DNA from: Azolla caroliniana
Taxonomy: Eukaryota > Plantae > Polypodiophyta
DNA: 62,684 nt
Assembly (NCBI GenBank): GCA_043228905.1
Contig: JBHGNT010000164.1
Location: 1 to 62,684, forward strand
Direction of reading: 5' to 3'
Shown: positions 51,071 to 62,684 of the stretch, piece by piece
Position numbering within the stretch: position 1 is the stretch's first letter
Layout: each line of letters starts with the position of its first letter
Notes under the pieces: model-generated
What the model was told of the DNA's origin: nothing
Seen by the model: the letters and a program-made list of their open reading frames with translations, nothing else
The model's database searches: none
Made by a program: the position numbers and the translations under genes

Positions 51071-51383
51071 GGGAAAAGTACCAGGATACCCCTGGAAGTT
51101 CATCTATTTACCAGAATGCCCCTGAAAGTTCCAAATTTACCAAATTACCACTATGTCCAAAAAATTACACTTTATAAAGTAACTATACACTCAAATCTTT
51201 GGTAAATAGGGCTAGTTCGGGTCCATTTCTTCCACCTTTGGTAAATAGGGCTTGTAGATTTGAGTATATAATTACTTTATAAAGTGTAATTTTTTGGACA
51301 TAGGGGTAGTTTGGTAAATTTAGAACTTCCATGGGCATTCTGGTAAATAGACGAACTTCCAAGGGTATCCTGGTACTTTTCCC
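51071..51383. mobile_element. Mutator-like MITE with about 127-bp TIRs
   Basis: GGGAAAAGTACCAGGATACCC... and ...GGGTATCCTGGTACTTTTCCC with long inverted arms and a short spacer containing CTTTGGTAAATAGGGCT twice. The TSD is not clean. Confidence 0.8.
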
Positions 51384-52442
51384 TTAAAATAATGTGTATA
51401 GGTTATGCGTAATCTAGATATTGATTAATTCTTCTAGGACTTGATCATGGTTATCGTTACCCTTAGGTCACCATATAACACCATTGATAATCTTACTTGA
51501 AATGTAATTGATTGCAACTCTCATGAACATCTCATCAATAACATTACTTTACTTGACCCTAGCCTTTGAACGGCATCTACTTTTGTCTTTCTTAACATCC
51601 TTCCTAAAAGGTTTTAATGAAATTGTTCATCAGTTGCAAATTTGTTACATTGATATCTTGTTTGATCTTTGTCTTTGTAACGTAACGTAACTAAACACTA
51701 GATCATCACCTTATTATACTAATGGTAAATGTTAAATGCTATGAAACCTACTAATGATATCATGTTTCACTGCAAATCTTGAATTCCATTATAATAACAA
51801 ATCATTTTCTCCAATACTAGTCAGGCTTGTATGTGTAAGTTGCAATTCAAGGCCCATATAAAACCACTAGTCAAATCAAGTGAATGATCATATCAATACT
51901 AGATATCTGTATGTTCATAGTAATATCTCCCAGAGGACAAACAAAAATCGGCTCATACAAATTTCTTATCAGAGCATCACAATGTTTTAATTTGTTAGCA
52001 TTTAACTATTTTACCTTGAGGATAACACAGCTTGGTTCTGATATCAGATTCTAAAATGGTTTGCTGCAAAATTCCAAAATACATCTTTTGATGTATGGCA
52101 CCATTATTTTCCATCAAAAGTGTTTTGTTGACACAACACTTTACATAGATTTATCCAATTTATAATGGTCAATACTCTTGATTATGTACAGTGGACAAAA
52201 AAACATGACGAGAACCAACCACTTTGATTTTCCATAGAAATATATTCAACGGTCAACACTTTCAACGTTTACATACTTCTATTCATTCACCCATTAAAAG
52301 GGAGTTGGAATTCATGTAGTATTCCAAAGGTCTGATATTCATCGATTCTTAATACACTAAGAAACTAGAGAATTAATTCTTAACCTCTGTTATCTTCTTT
52401 TGTCTATACAAAGAGAGCAACCACACTCTTAAGGTTCTTTGC

Positions 52443-55400
52443 TTATGAGTTGGCACTCCAATCATATGTTCGATATAAAATCTTAAATTGATTCCCATCC
52501 AATAGCTCTAGCACGTTATCAACTGTGCTTGGTTCCAAATATCTGATGAGCGTTGTTAAAATCTCCGCCTCATTTTTCCCGAAATCAATACTAAACCTAT
52601 CAGAACCCAAGGATTCAAAATATAAACAAAGGAAAATATAATGGTTGTTTAGTAAAAATATACTTGAACGAAATTTCACATACCAATCAATCATTTTGTC
52701 AATAGAGACAATTTTTGTGTCCATATTCACATGTAGACCACCATCTAGAAAGAAGGCACGGGCTGCAGCCTCAAGTTCTCCATTGATGTCATCTGGGGAA
52801 TAGCACTTTAATGCAGGACTGGACTTGGATGCATTTGTAAGCGTAAAATGGATTCGTACCTCTGGTTCAGATAACATTACCTATCACAACACACGCATCC
52901 CATCAAAACTATAATAGTTGTTATTATAAAACCAAACCCACTGGTAATGAAGTATGTGATATTCAATGGATAGTTTTTTTCATTGTATAGGGCAACAATC
53001 TGAAACCAACTCTTCTTCTCATTGTATTACAAAAAACAGAAAAAAACATTCACTGAAACATAAAGCCTTACCGATAAGCGCTTATCATTTGGTCCAAATG
53101 GTTTAACAAGTTGATAAGGTGGGCGTCGGTTAGCTCGTAGTACACCATTTTGAACATCTGACAATGAGAATGGGAAACCCCCAATCAAATACTGAAAGTC
53201 TCCAAAAAGCTTTCTTCTATCTAACCATCCCTCTGGGTGTCCCAAAATGATGATGGCATGTATCATCATCAGGTTGTAAAGGTTGATAAAGAATGCAAGC
53301 TTTTCTTCATGAGAAAATGGACTAAGATCCACACGATGCAAATCTTGCGTCATCTTCAAATACCTGTAACGAAACAGCCCACAATTGTCAATAAACACAA
53401 ACATAAATGCTAACCAATAGAAGAATATAAAACTCAATACAATTTGTTTTCCTTGCCTCCTGAATTCCTCGCTTGTTGAGATGCTTGTATAATCGACTTG
53501 TTTTCCATCTTCTGAAACATATGCATCAATTATAGCGCTGGAAAATTTCCTCAATTTAACTTCGATCTCAGTTGCTGATAGAGGCTCCATGTCATTGATA
53601 TATCCATTGAAGTTATAACATTTTGTGGTAATGATGGGATCGTGCTCCAAAAATCGGTAAAGATGATGTCCATCTTCAAACACATTTTCCCTGAAAAACC
53701 CAGCTACAAAAGTCACAACTGCATCCTGACAACGCATACATTTTCATATACATGCATACATACATACATATACACATACCCACAATAAATTTATGAGTGT
53801 GTATGTGTAACTACATGCATTTACACACAATCAAGTTTGGTGTCTCCATGAAGAACCTGATTCTGCTCATAAATATCTAGGAAAGATGTAGCACTAACAA
53901 AAACTAAATTCATACAAACTAATGTTTTTTTCAATGAGAAATTTGTGCACCTCTTAAACTTCTACACATCCTAATAAGTAATAAAAAAAATCGAAATTTG
54001 ATCAATATATGAAATACTTACTGTAGCACATGGTGGAAAAAATGTTTGGTAGCAACTTTCCTCCCAAATTCTATAGCCTAAAACCACAAGCAAAAAAAAC
54101 ATCAGCATATTGAAAAGCCTTTTCAACAATATTGCTCCAAGAAAGAGATCAAACACACCATCAGAGAACCATGCAAATATAGAGATTTTTCAAAATCTAC
54201 ACATTGTTGACCACTTCCACACCATTTAGCCAGCTCATGAGAAGTTTCTCTTATATTCTATTTTATTGTGGTTGTACAATAATATCAAAATTACAAGAGT
54301 TACTGAGATTAATTTGTGACTTAATCTTATCAACTCAGTTGCATGCTAAAGCATCGTTGGAAGTAATAATCCATACAAGAAACTACAAAAAATACGAATA
54401 GCACAATCAATGTCTACAACATAATGTCATCTTTGCAATTAACCCAATTTTCATGAGTAATAGATTGATGGATAGCTACTGATGCTGAGAACTTTCACTT
54501 TCTATGGAACACAACACAAGTTCAAATTCTTGGTCTCTAGAACCTGGAGGCATAAATCGTTTTTCTTTGCCATCAAACTATTATTGAACTGTTTATCATA
54601 CACGCAATCATCAAGACTATACTAATTCATATTGTCATTCATTTGGAGCATATATCAATACTGGAATTATTTATCGAAAATATACCAATAATAAAAGCAT
54701 TCGTTGTGAGTATACCAACCACCATAAAAGCATTTTCCAGGCAGGCATAAACAAATCATAAAAGAATCCATGGAGACAAAACCAATCATAAACCCATTGT
54801 TTAGGTATAAAACAATCATAAAAGCATTCAGTGAATATAAATACTCTGTGAAATCATCAAAACATTTGAAGACATGTTATTGAAAAGCTAAAGATAAGAT
54901 GATAACTGTAAGTTCACATCCAGGAACATACGAGTCATAAAAGAATTACAATCAACAAATTCATAAGAATGAACAGCAACACAAAACAACAAGGTAGATG
55001 AAGCCACAAACCTCCTCTCTACTGCAATGTTGATCATCCTCAAATATTTCAGCAGCATCAAGCCCGAGAAAACACTTAGAAAATAGTCTCATCTTATGGA
55101 ACCTATCTTTGACTTGAACTTTCTCTCTCAATCTCTTCACAATTTGTGCAAATTCATCACGCTTCAATACCAATGGATCATTATCTCCATAAACCGGGGG
55201 CTCAGGGGCAATTGACGGGCATTCTTTTCCCAATATTTCAATAACTTTCTGATCTAATTCACCTGTTGAATCCAAAGCATTCATTTCCTCTATACCGCCC
55301 ATGAGAACCTCGTTGAAGAAAGTTTGAGGAACAGAGCATGTCCCTGTTCTTGCTTCTAATTCAACTTTCATTTGTGGAAAAATTTCAATATTAATCTCTA

Positions 55401-55842
55401 CATAGCTGAGAGATTTCTTTCTAAGAAGTGATCTCATAGACCTACAATCTTGGCATGAACCTCTGGAAAACAGAGTAACCCTACCTTTCATCATTTTAGG
55501 GTAGGTTTGTAAGTTTCTCTGAACATCATTATCACGCATCTCTTCTTCTTCATAATCATTATCGTCAAGTAATCCGAGGTCTTCGAGCTTCTCAGAAAGT
55601 CTTCTGATTACTTTACTCACAGAAATGCTTTTCTCCTTAACGAAGCTCTTGAATAAGGAAGCTTTCTCGGGCCAATCCATGGATGGACTACTAGAAGAAA
55701 AAGAAGGGGAAATGCTCTGTTTCATTTTTGGTGAGATGGGTTCTTCTTCTTCTTTTAAGCTTTTTCCATTGGGAGAGGGTTTATCAGAGGTTACATATAC
55801 TTCAGTAGCACCATGATCAGAAACCAGGACAGAGTTCTCCAT
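52443..55842 (-). CDS. Glutaredoxin + DEP + DUF547 domain protein, 6 exons, about 587 aa
   Basis: Exons 55842-55012, 54077-54022, 53690-53457, 53363-53072, 52880-52684, 52596-52443 (1764 nt, in frame). Glutaredoxin GSCQDCRSMR...SVPQTFFNE; DEP KDRFHKMRLFSKCFLG...FFHHVLQENVFEDGHHLYRF; DUF547 EKLAFFINLYNLMMIHA...VRIHF. Confidence 0.92.
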
Positions 55843-56086
55843 AACTGGAAAGAGGAGAAGAAGAAGAAGAAGAAGGTTGCTAACCAGGCGATTGATTAAT
55901 AACTATGGAAGCGAATTCTCTGTACGACGAATGGGTTAGGAGAAGAATGTCATGCTGAAACCATGAACCTCTGAAAACCCATTCTCTATGCAGTCTCTCT
56001 CTCTCTCTCTCTCTCTGTATATATATATATAGATATACAGAATACATGTATATATGATATATCTATGTAAAGAGAGAGAGTATGTG

Positions 56087-56133
<47 letters not shown>

Positions 56134-56300
56134 GTATGTATATAAAGAGAGTACGTGTGTGTGTGTATATATATCTATATCTCTTTATCTCTTGGTAGTG
56201 TGAATGTCTCCAATACTTACCTTAGTGTGATTGTGCCACAAACACTCCCACTCTGATACACAACCATGTGTCTCTCTATCACTACTAGTATATGCATGGC

Positions 56301-56400
56301 ATTCAAATTTGTCCACCAAATAGCTAGCTAGTGTTCAAAGTTGTCCACCAAATAGATGGCTAGTAGTGTCCAGAGTTGTCCACCTGATAGCTAGCTAGCT
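56301..56400. repeat. About 31-34-bp unit x3 upstream of the DUF547 gene
   Basis: TTGTCCACC..ATAG..GCTAG repeated three times. Confidence 0.75.
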
Positions 56401-57393
56401 ACTTGGGTGGCCATTTGTTGTATGGACACTTCACTTCGTATGTATGACCTACCTCTCCTCGTGACTAAGAATCACCTCTTGTTTTTTCGTCATAATCCAA
56501 TCCACGTGTTGTATCTCATATATTTGGTTTCCCATGTTAAGATGCCTTGGAATGATAGCTTTATTTTAGAGCTTCATAGACGTTAAATCGATACAAATCA
56601 TGATATATATAAGTTAGCAATGGAGTTCTTCTTGTACATCAACACCATTCCTACTCATAACAATATCATGATGTTTGTTTATAGTATATATCCAAATTAT
56701 AAGTGGCGCGCTAGGTTGAAAGTTTGAGATTTTCTAGAATGGGTTATGTGCCACGAACCTACACATCAACATTTACACCCAAGTGGACAACATTGTGGTG
56801 TAGGTTAGAAAACTAGGTTCTCCCAAATACTTGGTCACCAAGGTAAAAATGTGGGATGTCGTTGGTGGTTTATCTAGGCTAGATTTTGTAGCCTTTCTTG
56901 CTAGATTGTCCTAGCCCATTGCCAACAAAAACAACTAATTTACATTTCCATTCAAATGTGGTGTTATTGCTTTCAACATTCATTTCAAGACATAAAAATC
57001 CAAGATTGAAATTTGATCACACATTATCAAGTGTTATCATGATTGATACTTTGCACTTCTTTTTTAATTATGCAACGTAACTTTTCAAAGCATTACATAG
57101 TTTGAAACATTAATTTATTTGGGTTTGTTTCCAAGTTGTATTTAAGGGCATGATGCATGAACATACTTACCTTTTTTATCGAGAGCTATGTCATATTACA
57201 CAAATTCATGTGTGACTGGAAATCGAGGTCTTGGATGTGTGTGTTTCTTCGACGCAACATGATTTGGTCATTTACCCAAGTGGCAATATGTACTAGGAAG
57301 AGAAATCTTAAAATCAAGTAGAAATGTTGAAGGAGGTTAAGAATATCAAAATATAATGGGTAATTGATATTACTGATGAAATCTTCTACCATA

Positions 57394-57640
57394 TTTCAAA
57401 TCTCATTAGCCTATAGGCATATCCAAATTTCAAGCAAGGATTGTTATTTTCAAATCTCATTAAGCCTATAGCCTATAAGCATATCCAAATTTCAAGCAAG
57501 GATTCTTATGTTCATGTCACAACTTTATGACCCTTGAAATTTGGATTGTTATTTTCAACTCTCATAAATCTTATAGCCTATAAGCATATCCAAATTTCAA
57601 TCAAGGATTGTTATGTTCATGTCACAACTTTATGACCCTT
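57394..57640. repeat. Composite tandem repeat (3 copies of TAGCCTATA.GCATATCCAAATTTCAA.CAAGGATT)
   Basis: Direct repeats visible at about 57408, 57468 and 57573, with two copies of TTATGTTCATGTCACAACTTTATGACCCTT. Confidence 0.8.
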
Positions 57641-60514
57641 CTCTTTCGCTGATTCATTTCACATAAAGCTTCGCACCTCTATCCATACCATCTACAATGT
57701 TGTTGTCGTGCATTTCGTCAACCTTTGACATAATATTATTATTACATTCAAATCTCGTGGGATAATGTAGCGCCTTTTGTCAACTTTTGACATATACATT
57801 ATTTTTATTATTGCATTCAAACCTCATGAGTATATTCCAAGCATTAATTTGCAATTGCAAATTAGTCCACACTTCCGTTCATTCAATAAAACTAATGTGA
57901 AAACATTTTTCAATAACACGGCTTGTACTACTAAGAGAGAGGAGGGGATAACAACTATTTATAGCCATGACCCCCAACATTTTATCTTGTAATCTCACCA
58001 TCAATATTGTTTGCATAACTTTGAATCATGACGCTTTGAAGATTGTAATCAGTCAACAACAGAAACCTTAAATAATCTTCACAATTAACACAAACATTAT
58101 CTTGGCCCAAGTTACAATTATAATGACCATAATATATTATAAAAATGTGTTGAGATTTACGTCTCTTCTATTAGTGTGACGAGACAAGTGGGTGTTATAA
58201 ATCAATTTACATAAAAATGTGTTTCCATTATTTCTTGCACAATTTCAATGTTTTTAAGAAAAAGGACAAACGCAAAGAAAGAATGCATTATTCATTTTCC
58301 ATCATCAATGTTCCTCAAGAATACCAAGTCATATATGGCTTGCAACCAAAGACTAAAATTTATGTATATCTATAGCTTTGTTACACAACAACCTTTTTGT
58401 AACTTCCACTTGTATATCTCGCTTAAAACTAGACATAATAAATCGTTAACCTAACCTATGTAGCATAGAGTAACATGTCGACTATCTATCATTACTAAAA
58501 TTAATAAGAATTTTGTTGTGGGTTTACTAATTTGGAATTTACAATATGAGTTCAATGCAAGCACTATTATGATAATATAAAGAAATACTTTCACAAACCT
58601 AATAATTTATTTACTTTCTCATTTAACCAACGTATTTAGTCTCTCGAGAAAAGCAAACAATTGTGCACTTTTACTATTTCAAAAGATCGAAATTTGCAAT
58701 GGGTGGACCCTTACATTTGTATTGAATGTTCAATAAACATGGCACATTTGATATGTTTCTTGTGATCAAGCGCAGTGGCCTAAATTTCTTGGCCTCGTAT
58801 AAACTTGGGTTCAGTTCTTCAATTTATAAGTAACCAAAGTATGGAATCCTTTCCAAACCTACGCAAATCCATAAGAAAAGTGCAATTTAGAGAAATAAAC
58901 ACATTAACATAGTAGCCTATACATTATAAACATGTGTTATGTTGAGTTGTGTTTATCTTTTGTATGTTCTGTTGTATTTTGTGTAAGTTATAAAGTACCA
59001 GAATGCAATAAGACATTCTATCCTCTTTGAAATTTATACTTTATGAGCATCAAGGTTCACACATTTCTTGCATGATTACCTTAGTCCTTTCATTACGATA
59101 TGCTATTATACGAGAAATGATTGCGGAGATAGCTTATTCAATATTGAAGTGTTACACAATAAGCCATCTTTGACTAATCCTAGTCAAAGGCAATCTCTTT
59201 TTCATGTAAATTTATTATGATAGTGAAGGGATTATAATATTATTCAAAAACTGATTTTGCATCACATAAATAAGTATAGATGCCCCACATTCGTGACCTA
59301 TAGATCCTAATATTACCTTATTGAACCGCTAGAGATTAAATATATATGATTTTGTTGTGATGAAGCTTGTGACTTATGAACCCGGATCATGAATTCCAGT
59401 TTTTGGCAACAATGTAATTTGCTTTGACATTAATGCACCTTTGTTTGAATTTTTTCGATCATGGGCCTGCGATTGACAAAGGAGAATTGAAGGAGGAGAG
59501 CTCTAGCAATCGAAAGGAAGGAAAAGAAAACAATGGGTGGGAGTGAGCAAGGGAGAAAAAGGGATATCATAATATTATCTCTATCATTGCTCCCTTCTTT
59601 ATCATATTATAACACACATTATCTTAAATCTAAAACTTAAACATCTCATATACATTGAACATAACATCCTATATCCACTACGTAAATTTACCACGTTCTT
59701 TCAAAGTCTTGCTTTTGAGTTAGAGTTATAGAATATATATATGTATGTATGTATATATTGGGATGCAATCGTGCTCTTGAGTAAAATGTTTGCAATTTCA
59801 CATTGTTTAATTATGGAGGACTCTTAATGTTGTCCCACAACATGGCATCCGTACATTGTTGTACAATGGCTTGATCAAGGTTAAATATATGTATGTGGTT
59901 TCCATGTGAGGAAGCTAGTGTAATGACAAACATTGAATATATGTAAGATGGTCAAGGGAAGAGTTTATTGACATCATACTTGGTGTGACTTGTTTTGTTG
60001 TTGTCTTACACATTTGTTGTAGCTAATTTAGAGGAGTGTTTTTATTGAAAACAGATAAAGTGGCGGACGCACACACCCTATTGCCATTAGCTTGCCCCCA
60101 TGTTCTCATTGTTTGACGCTTCTTGCGACTACTCAGTGGCCTTGCTTCATCGATGTGCTATTGGCATGTATTTGCCAACATTTCGTTCCCATGGCCACCA
60201 TTCTCATGCCTATTCTAAACCCTCTATTCTAAGGTGTCCTTGGATCTAATCATCAAGGGCCTCCAAGCTACAAACTCTTTTTTATATACTGATTATCAAA
60301 GGCACTAAGCTAACAAAGTTTTCCTTTTGTAAACATTCATTCTAATATTGTAGTTGGGGCATCTATACAATCTAAACCAAGGTCTATGCTCAGCATATGA
60401 TTTTGATTTAATATTTGACTAATTAATTGTGTTAGCTTCCACAACTTTAAACTCTTCAATTTTTATAAGTAATCCCTATAGTCACAATCAAATCTCCTTA
60501 GCTCATCCCTCTTG

Positions 60515-60560
<46 letters not shown>

Positions 60561-60563
<3 letters not shown>

Positions 60564-61530
60564 AATAATGGCTTTCATTACGAAAGAAAAAAACACCACC
60601 ATGACTAACTTACTACAAAGGATAGAACCCTTCTATCAAGGGATCTAAAGAATACTACGACACCAAACTCAGTGCCACCCTACACACCAATTCAAATGGC
60701 GAGTATGATGATATGTGACCTTGCAGAGTTCTCTCTCTTCCTGGTTGAGATTTCGTGACTTCTCTAGCACTGTCGATTGCCACAAAAGAAGTCTTTTTAA
60801 CTTTAGAACATATTTTCTCACCCCAACTTGCGAATAAAAAATGAAGGCATTTCGCATATTCCAATTGAACCATAGCCCCCAATACCTCAAGAACTCAAAA
60901 ATAATTTGAAAATGAGGCATTGGTTTATTGTTCTCCATATGTGCAAAAACCCAACTGAAGGAAGATAGACTTACTCCTGTTAGAGACATCCACACTAAAC
61001 TGATACACCTCCAAACCATCCTTGCCATCGGGCATGAAATAAATCGATGCCTACTATGTTCTAATTCCACCAAACAAAAGAAACACAATCCTTTAGTAAT
61101 GTTTCTTTTTTTTAATGCATCCCCTAATGGTAAAGCTCCAACCATAACTCTCCAAATAAATACCTTGGCTCGTAGCATCAATCGAGAACACTAACCTGCC
61201 TTGATCACATGAAACCACCAAGTAATGGGCTTATGAAAACCTCGTATCTTTATAACCCTTTCTTCCAACCACTTATGTTTGTCAATCAACTTGTGATACG
61301 CAACATTCGTTGAGATCATAGTCAATCTCTTATTTCCAACAAACCTCCAATCAAGCTCTTGAGATCGCCCATCTAAATCAGGAATTGGCTCATGCGAAGA
61401 TAGTATTTGTTGCAACTTATCCCAAATAAAGTTATAACCTTTTGGAAAACGAAATGTTGATCTTATTGTTCGAAAAGCCATTAATCTTCTTTGTGAAACC
61501 AACATAGCATCCTTAATTGTTACCAAACCC
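60561..61530 (-). mobile_element. 5'-truncated L1-type LINE (ORF2 C-terminus, zf-RVT)
   Basis: AKVFIWRVMVGALPLG...CFFC...EHSRHRFISCPMARMVW...WFNWNMRNAFIF. The two ORFs 61191-61526 and 60669-61181 are separated by a stop. The 3' end abuts a (GA)n run (plus-strand (CT)n, about 60517-60560). Confidence 0.88.
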
Positions 61531-61984
61531 CATTGTTAAGAATTAGGTAAGTAATTAAGGGTTAATTAGTACCTAATTATGTGACTAGTTGAGAAGCGGA
61601 AGATTAAGTGATATGTAACACGTTCGCGTTCACAAGTGGAAGGATCGCGTATAAATGGAAGGATAAGGGAAATTTTGGTTGATTTTAGGGCTTTTTCAAT
61701 GATTTTACAAAACACATTGATACCAGTATCATACATGTTCAAACATACTATGAAAAAGGTTAAAAATCCACTATTTTTGTGATTTAGAAGTAACTAAAAA
61801 AAGACGAATTTCAAAAAGTTACATTCTCAATTTATATCACAAACTTTACAACCAATGTTATTTTATAAGCAACGATTTTTTAGAAATCATAAGAATTCAA
61901 AACACATGCTTTTATATTACTCGATTTGTTACAAGCGGAATGTAGTTACACTTAATAACCAAATATACATTCATGATCACTCCT

Positions 61985-62684
61985 TTACGGAGAATCACTA
62001 CTACAACTAATATACAATGACGATTCCTCCTCATCATCCTCGGATGTACCAATCAGTGCATTATCTTCGTCATAAACCAAATGGTTTGACTCTAGATTAT
62101 ATGTAGCAGATCTCGTTTGCCTTTGACTCGAGCCACCTTGTAGACCTGATAATTTTTCTTTCATTATATCTATTGTTGACTTCCTTAATCGTCCGGCTTT
62201 TGTAAGTGTGAAGTCGTACACGATGATATCCACATCAGAGATATCAAGGGTCGAGGTGTTACGAATGTTTCGCTTCCTCTTCCTACCTCCCCTTCTTGTT
62301 GGGCATTCAATCATCTCCAATGTATACTTACCTGTAAAAGCATTTGCACTTCTAGTGTTGTACCAATGAACATTTATAGACTTGATCGTGTTTTCTATTT
62401 CATGCATTAGCACTTCTAGAATTTTACCAACCCAAAATTGGTGGCCATGTGAGTTCTCATCAGCCGGCGTTGCAATCAACATCCCCGTGGTGAGCTCTTG
62501 CAAATTGCGTTGCCATCTAGCTTCGGCTGCTTTGGTCATCCTTGGTCCCACATAAATGTCTCTTTGTTGTGGATGGACTAAGTTGTCATTAATCGCATTT
62601 GCTAGTTGCTCCGGAGTTCTATTTACGCGATCATGTTGCAGCGACCATGTGAATGGCGTTTCCAAATTCCAATTATCACCAGAT
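61985..62684 (-). CDS. C-terminal part of an intronless uncharacterised ORF, probably encoded by a DNA transposon (open at the window edge)
   Basis: More than 230 stop-free codons run to the window end. It contains a beta-rich FWVGKILEV...INVHWY...GKY segment, an NLS-like RRGGRKRKR, FTLTKAGRLRKSTI and an acidic tail. The transposon origin is inference. Confidence 0.5.
   Translation of the reverse strand, partial: SGDNWNLETPFTWSLQHDRVNRTPEQLANAINDNLVHPQQRDIYVGPRMTKAAEARWQRNLQELTTGMLIATPADENSHGHQFWVGKILEVLMHEIENTIKSINVHWYNTRSANAFTGKYTLEMIECPTRRGGRKRKRNIRNTSTLDISDVDIIVYDFTLTKAGRLRKSTIDIMKEKLSGLQGGSSQRQTRSATYNLESNHLVYDEDNALIGTSEDDEEESSLYISCSSDSP

Noticed and set aside
57700-58900. PIF/Harbinger transposase relic on the minus strand
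   Set aside because: Only faint GxxGY- and VExAIG-like traces amid many stops, and no TIR or TSD found.

Overview
Nuclear genomic DNA from a land plant, with spliceosomal introns, many (CT)/(GA)/(CA) microsatellites and nested transposons. A non-seed plant such as a fern is my inference only, based on the LINE and chromovirus types. I assembled four intact multi-exon genes by hand from splice sites and frame continuity: COX6B with an acidic N-extension (513-3414, +), EXO1 of the EXO1B type (29671-43323, +), an atypical secreted pectate-lyase-like gene (45922-50235, +) and a glutaredoxin-DEP-DUF547 gene (52443-55842, -). Between COX6B and EXO1 is a nest of transposons: Copia RT relics, two L1-type LINE 3' fragments (one with an apparent 5' inversion), a young full-length Ty3/gypsy chromovirus (19888-26985, GAAAG TSD) and three hAT elements with exact 8-bp TSDs. 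A fourth hAT element lies in an EXO1 intron. The best candidates for something new are (1) a pectate-lyase-fold protein that lacks two of the three Ca2+-binding Asp residues and carries a long N-terminal region with a PMEI-like helical segment, and (2) a 2.5-kb hAT element carrying an apparent captured host-gene fragment (Pack-hAT). Unusual splicing also stands out: a probable U12 intron, two GC-AG introns and an acceptor preceded by a (GA)29 tract. I see no CRISPR array, rRNA or tRNA gene. All family assignments are by eye; no searches were run.
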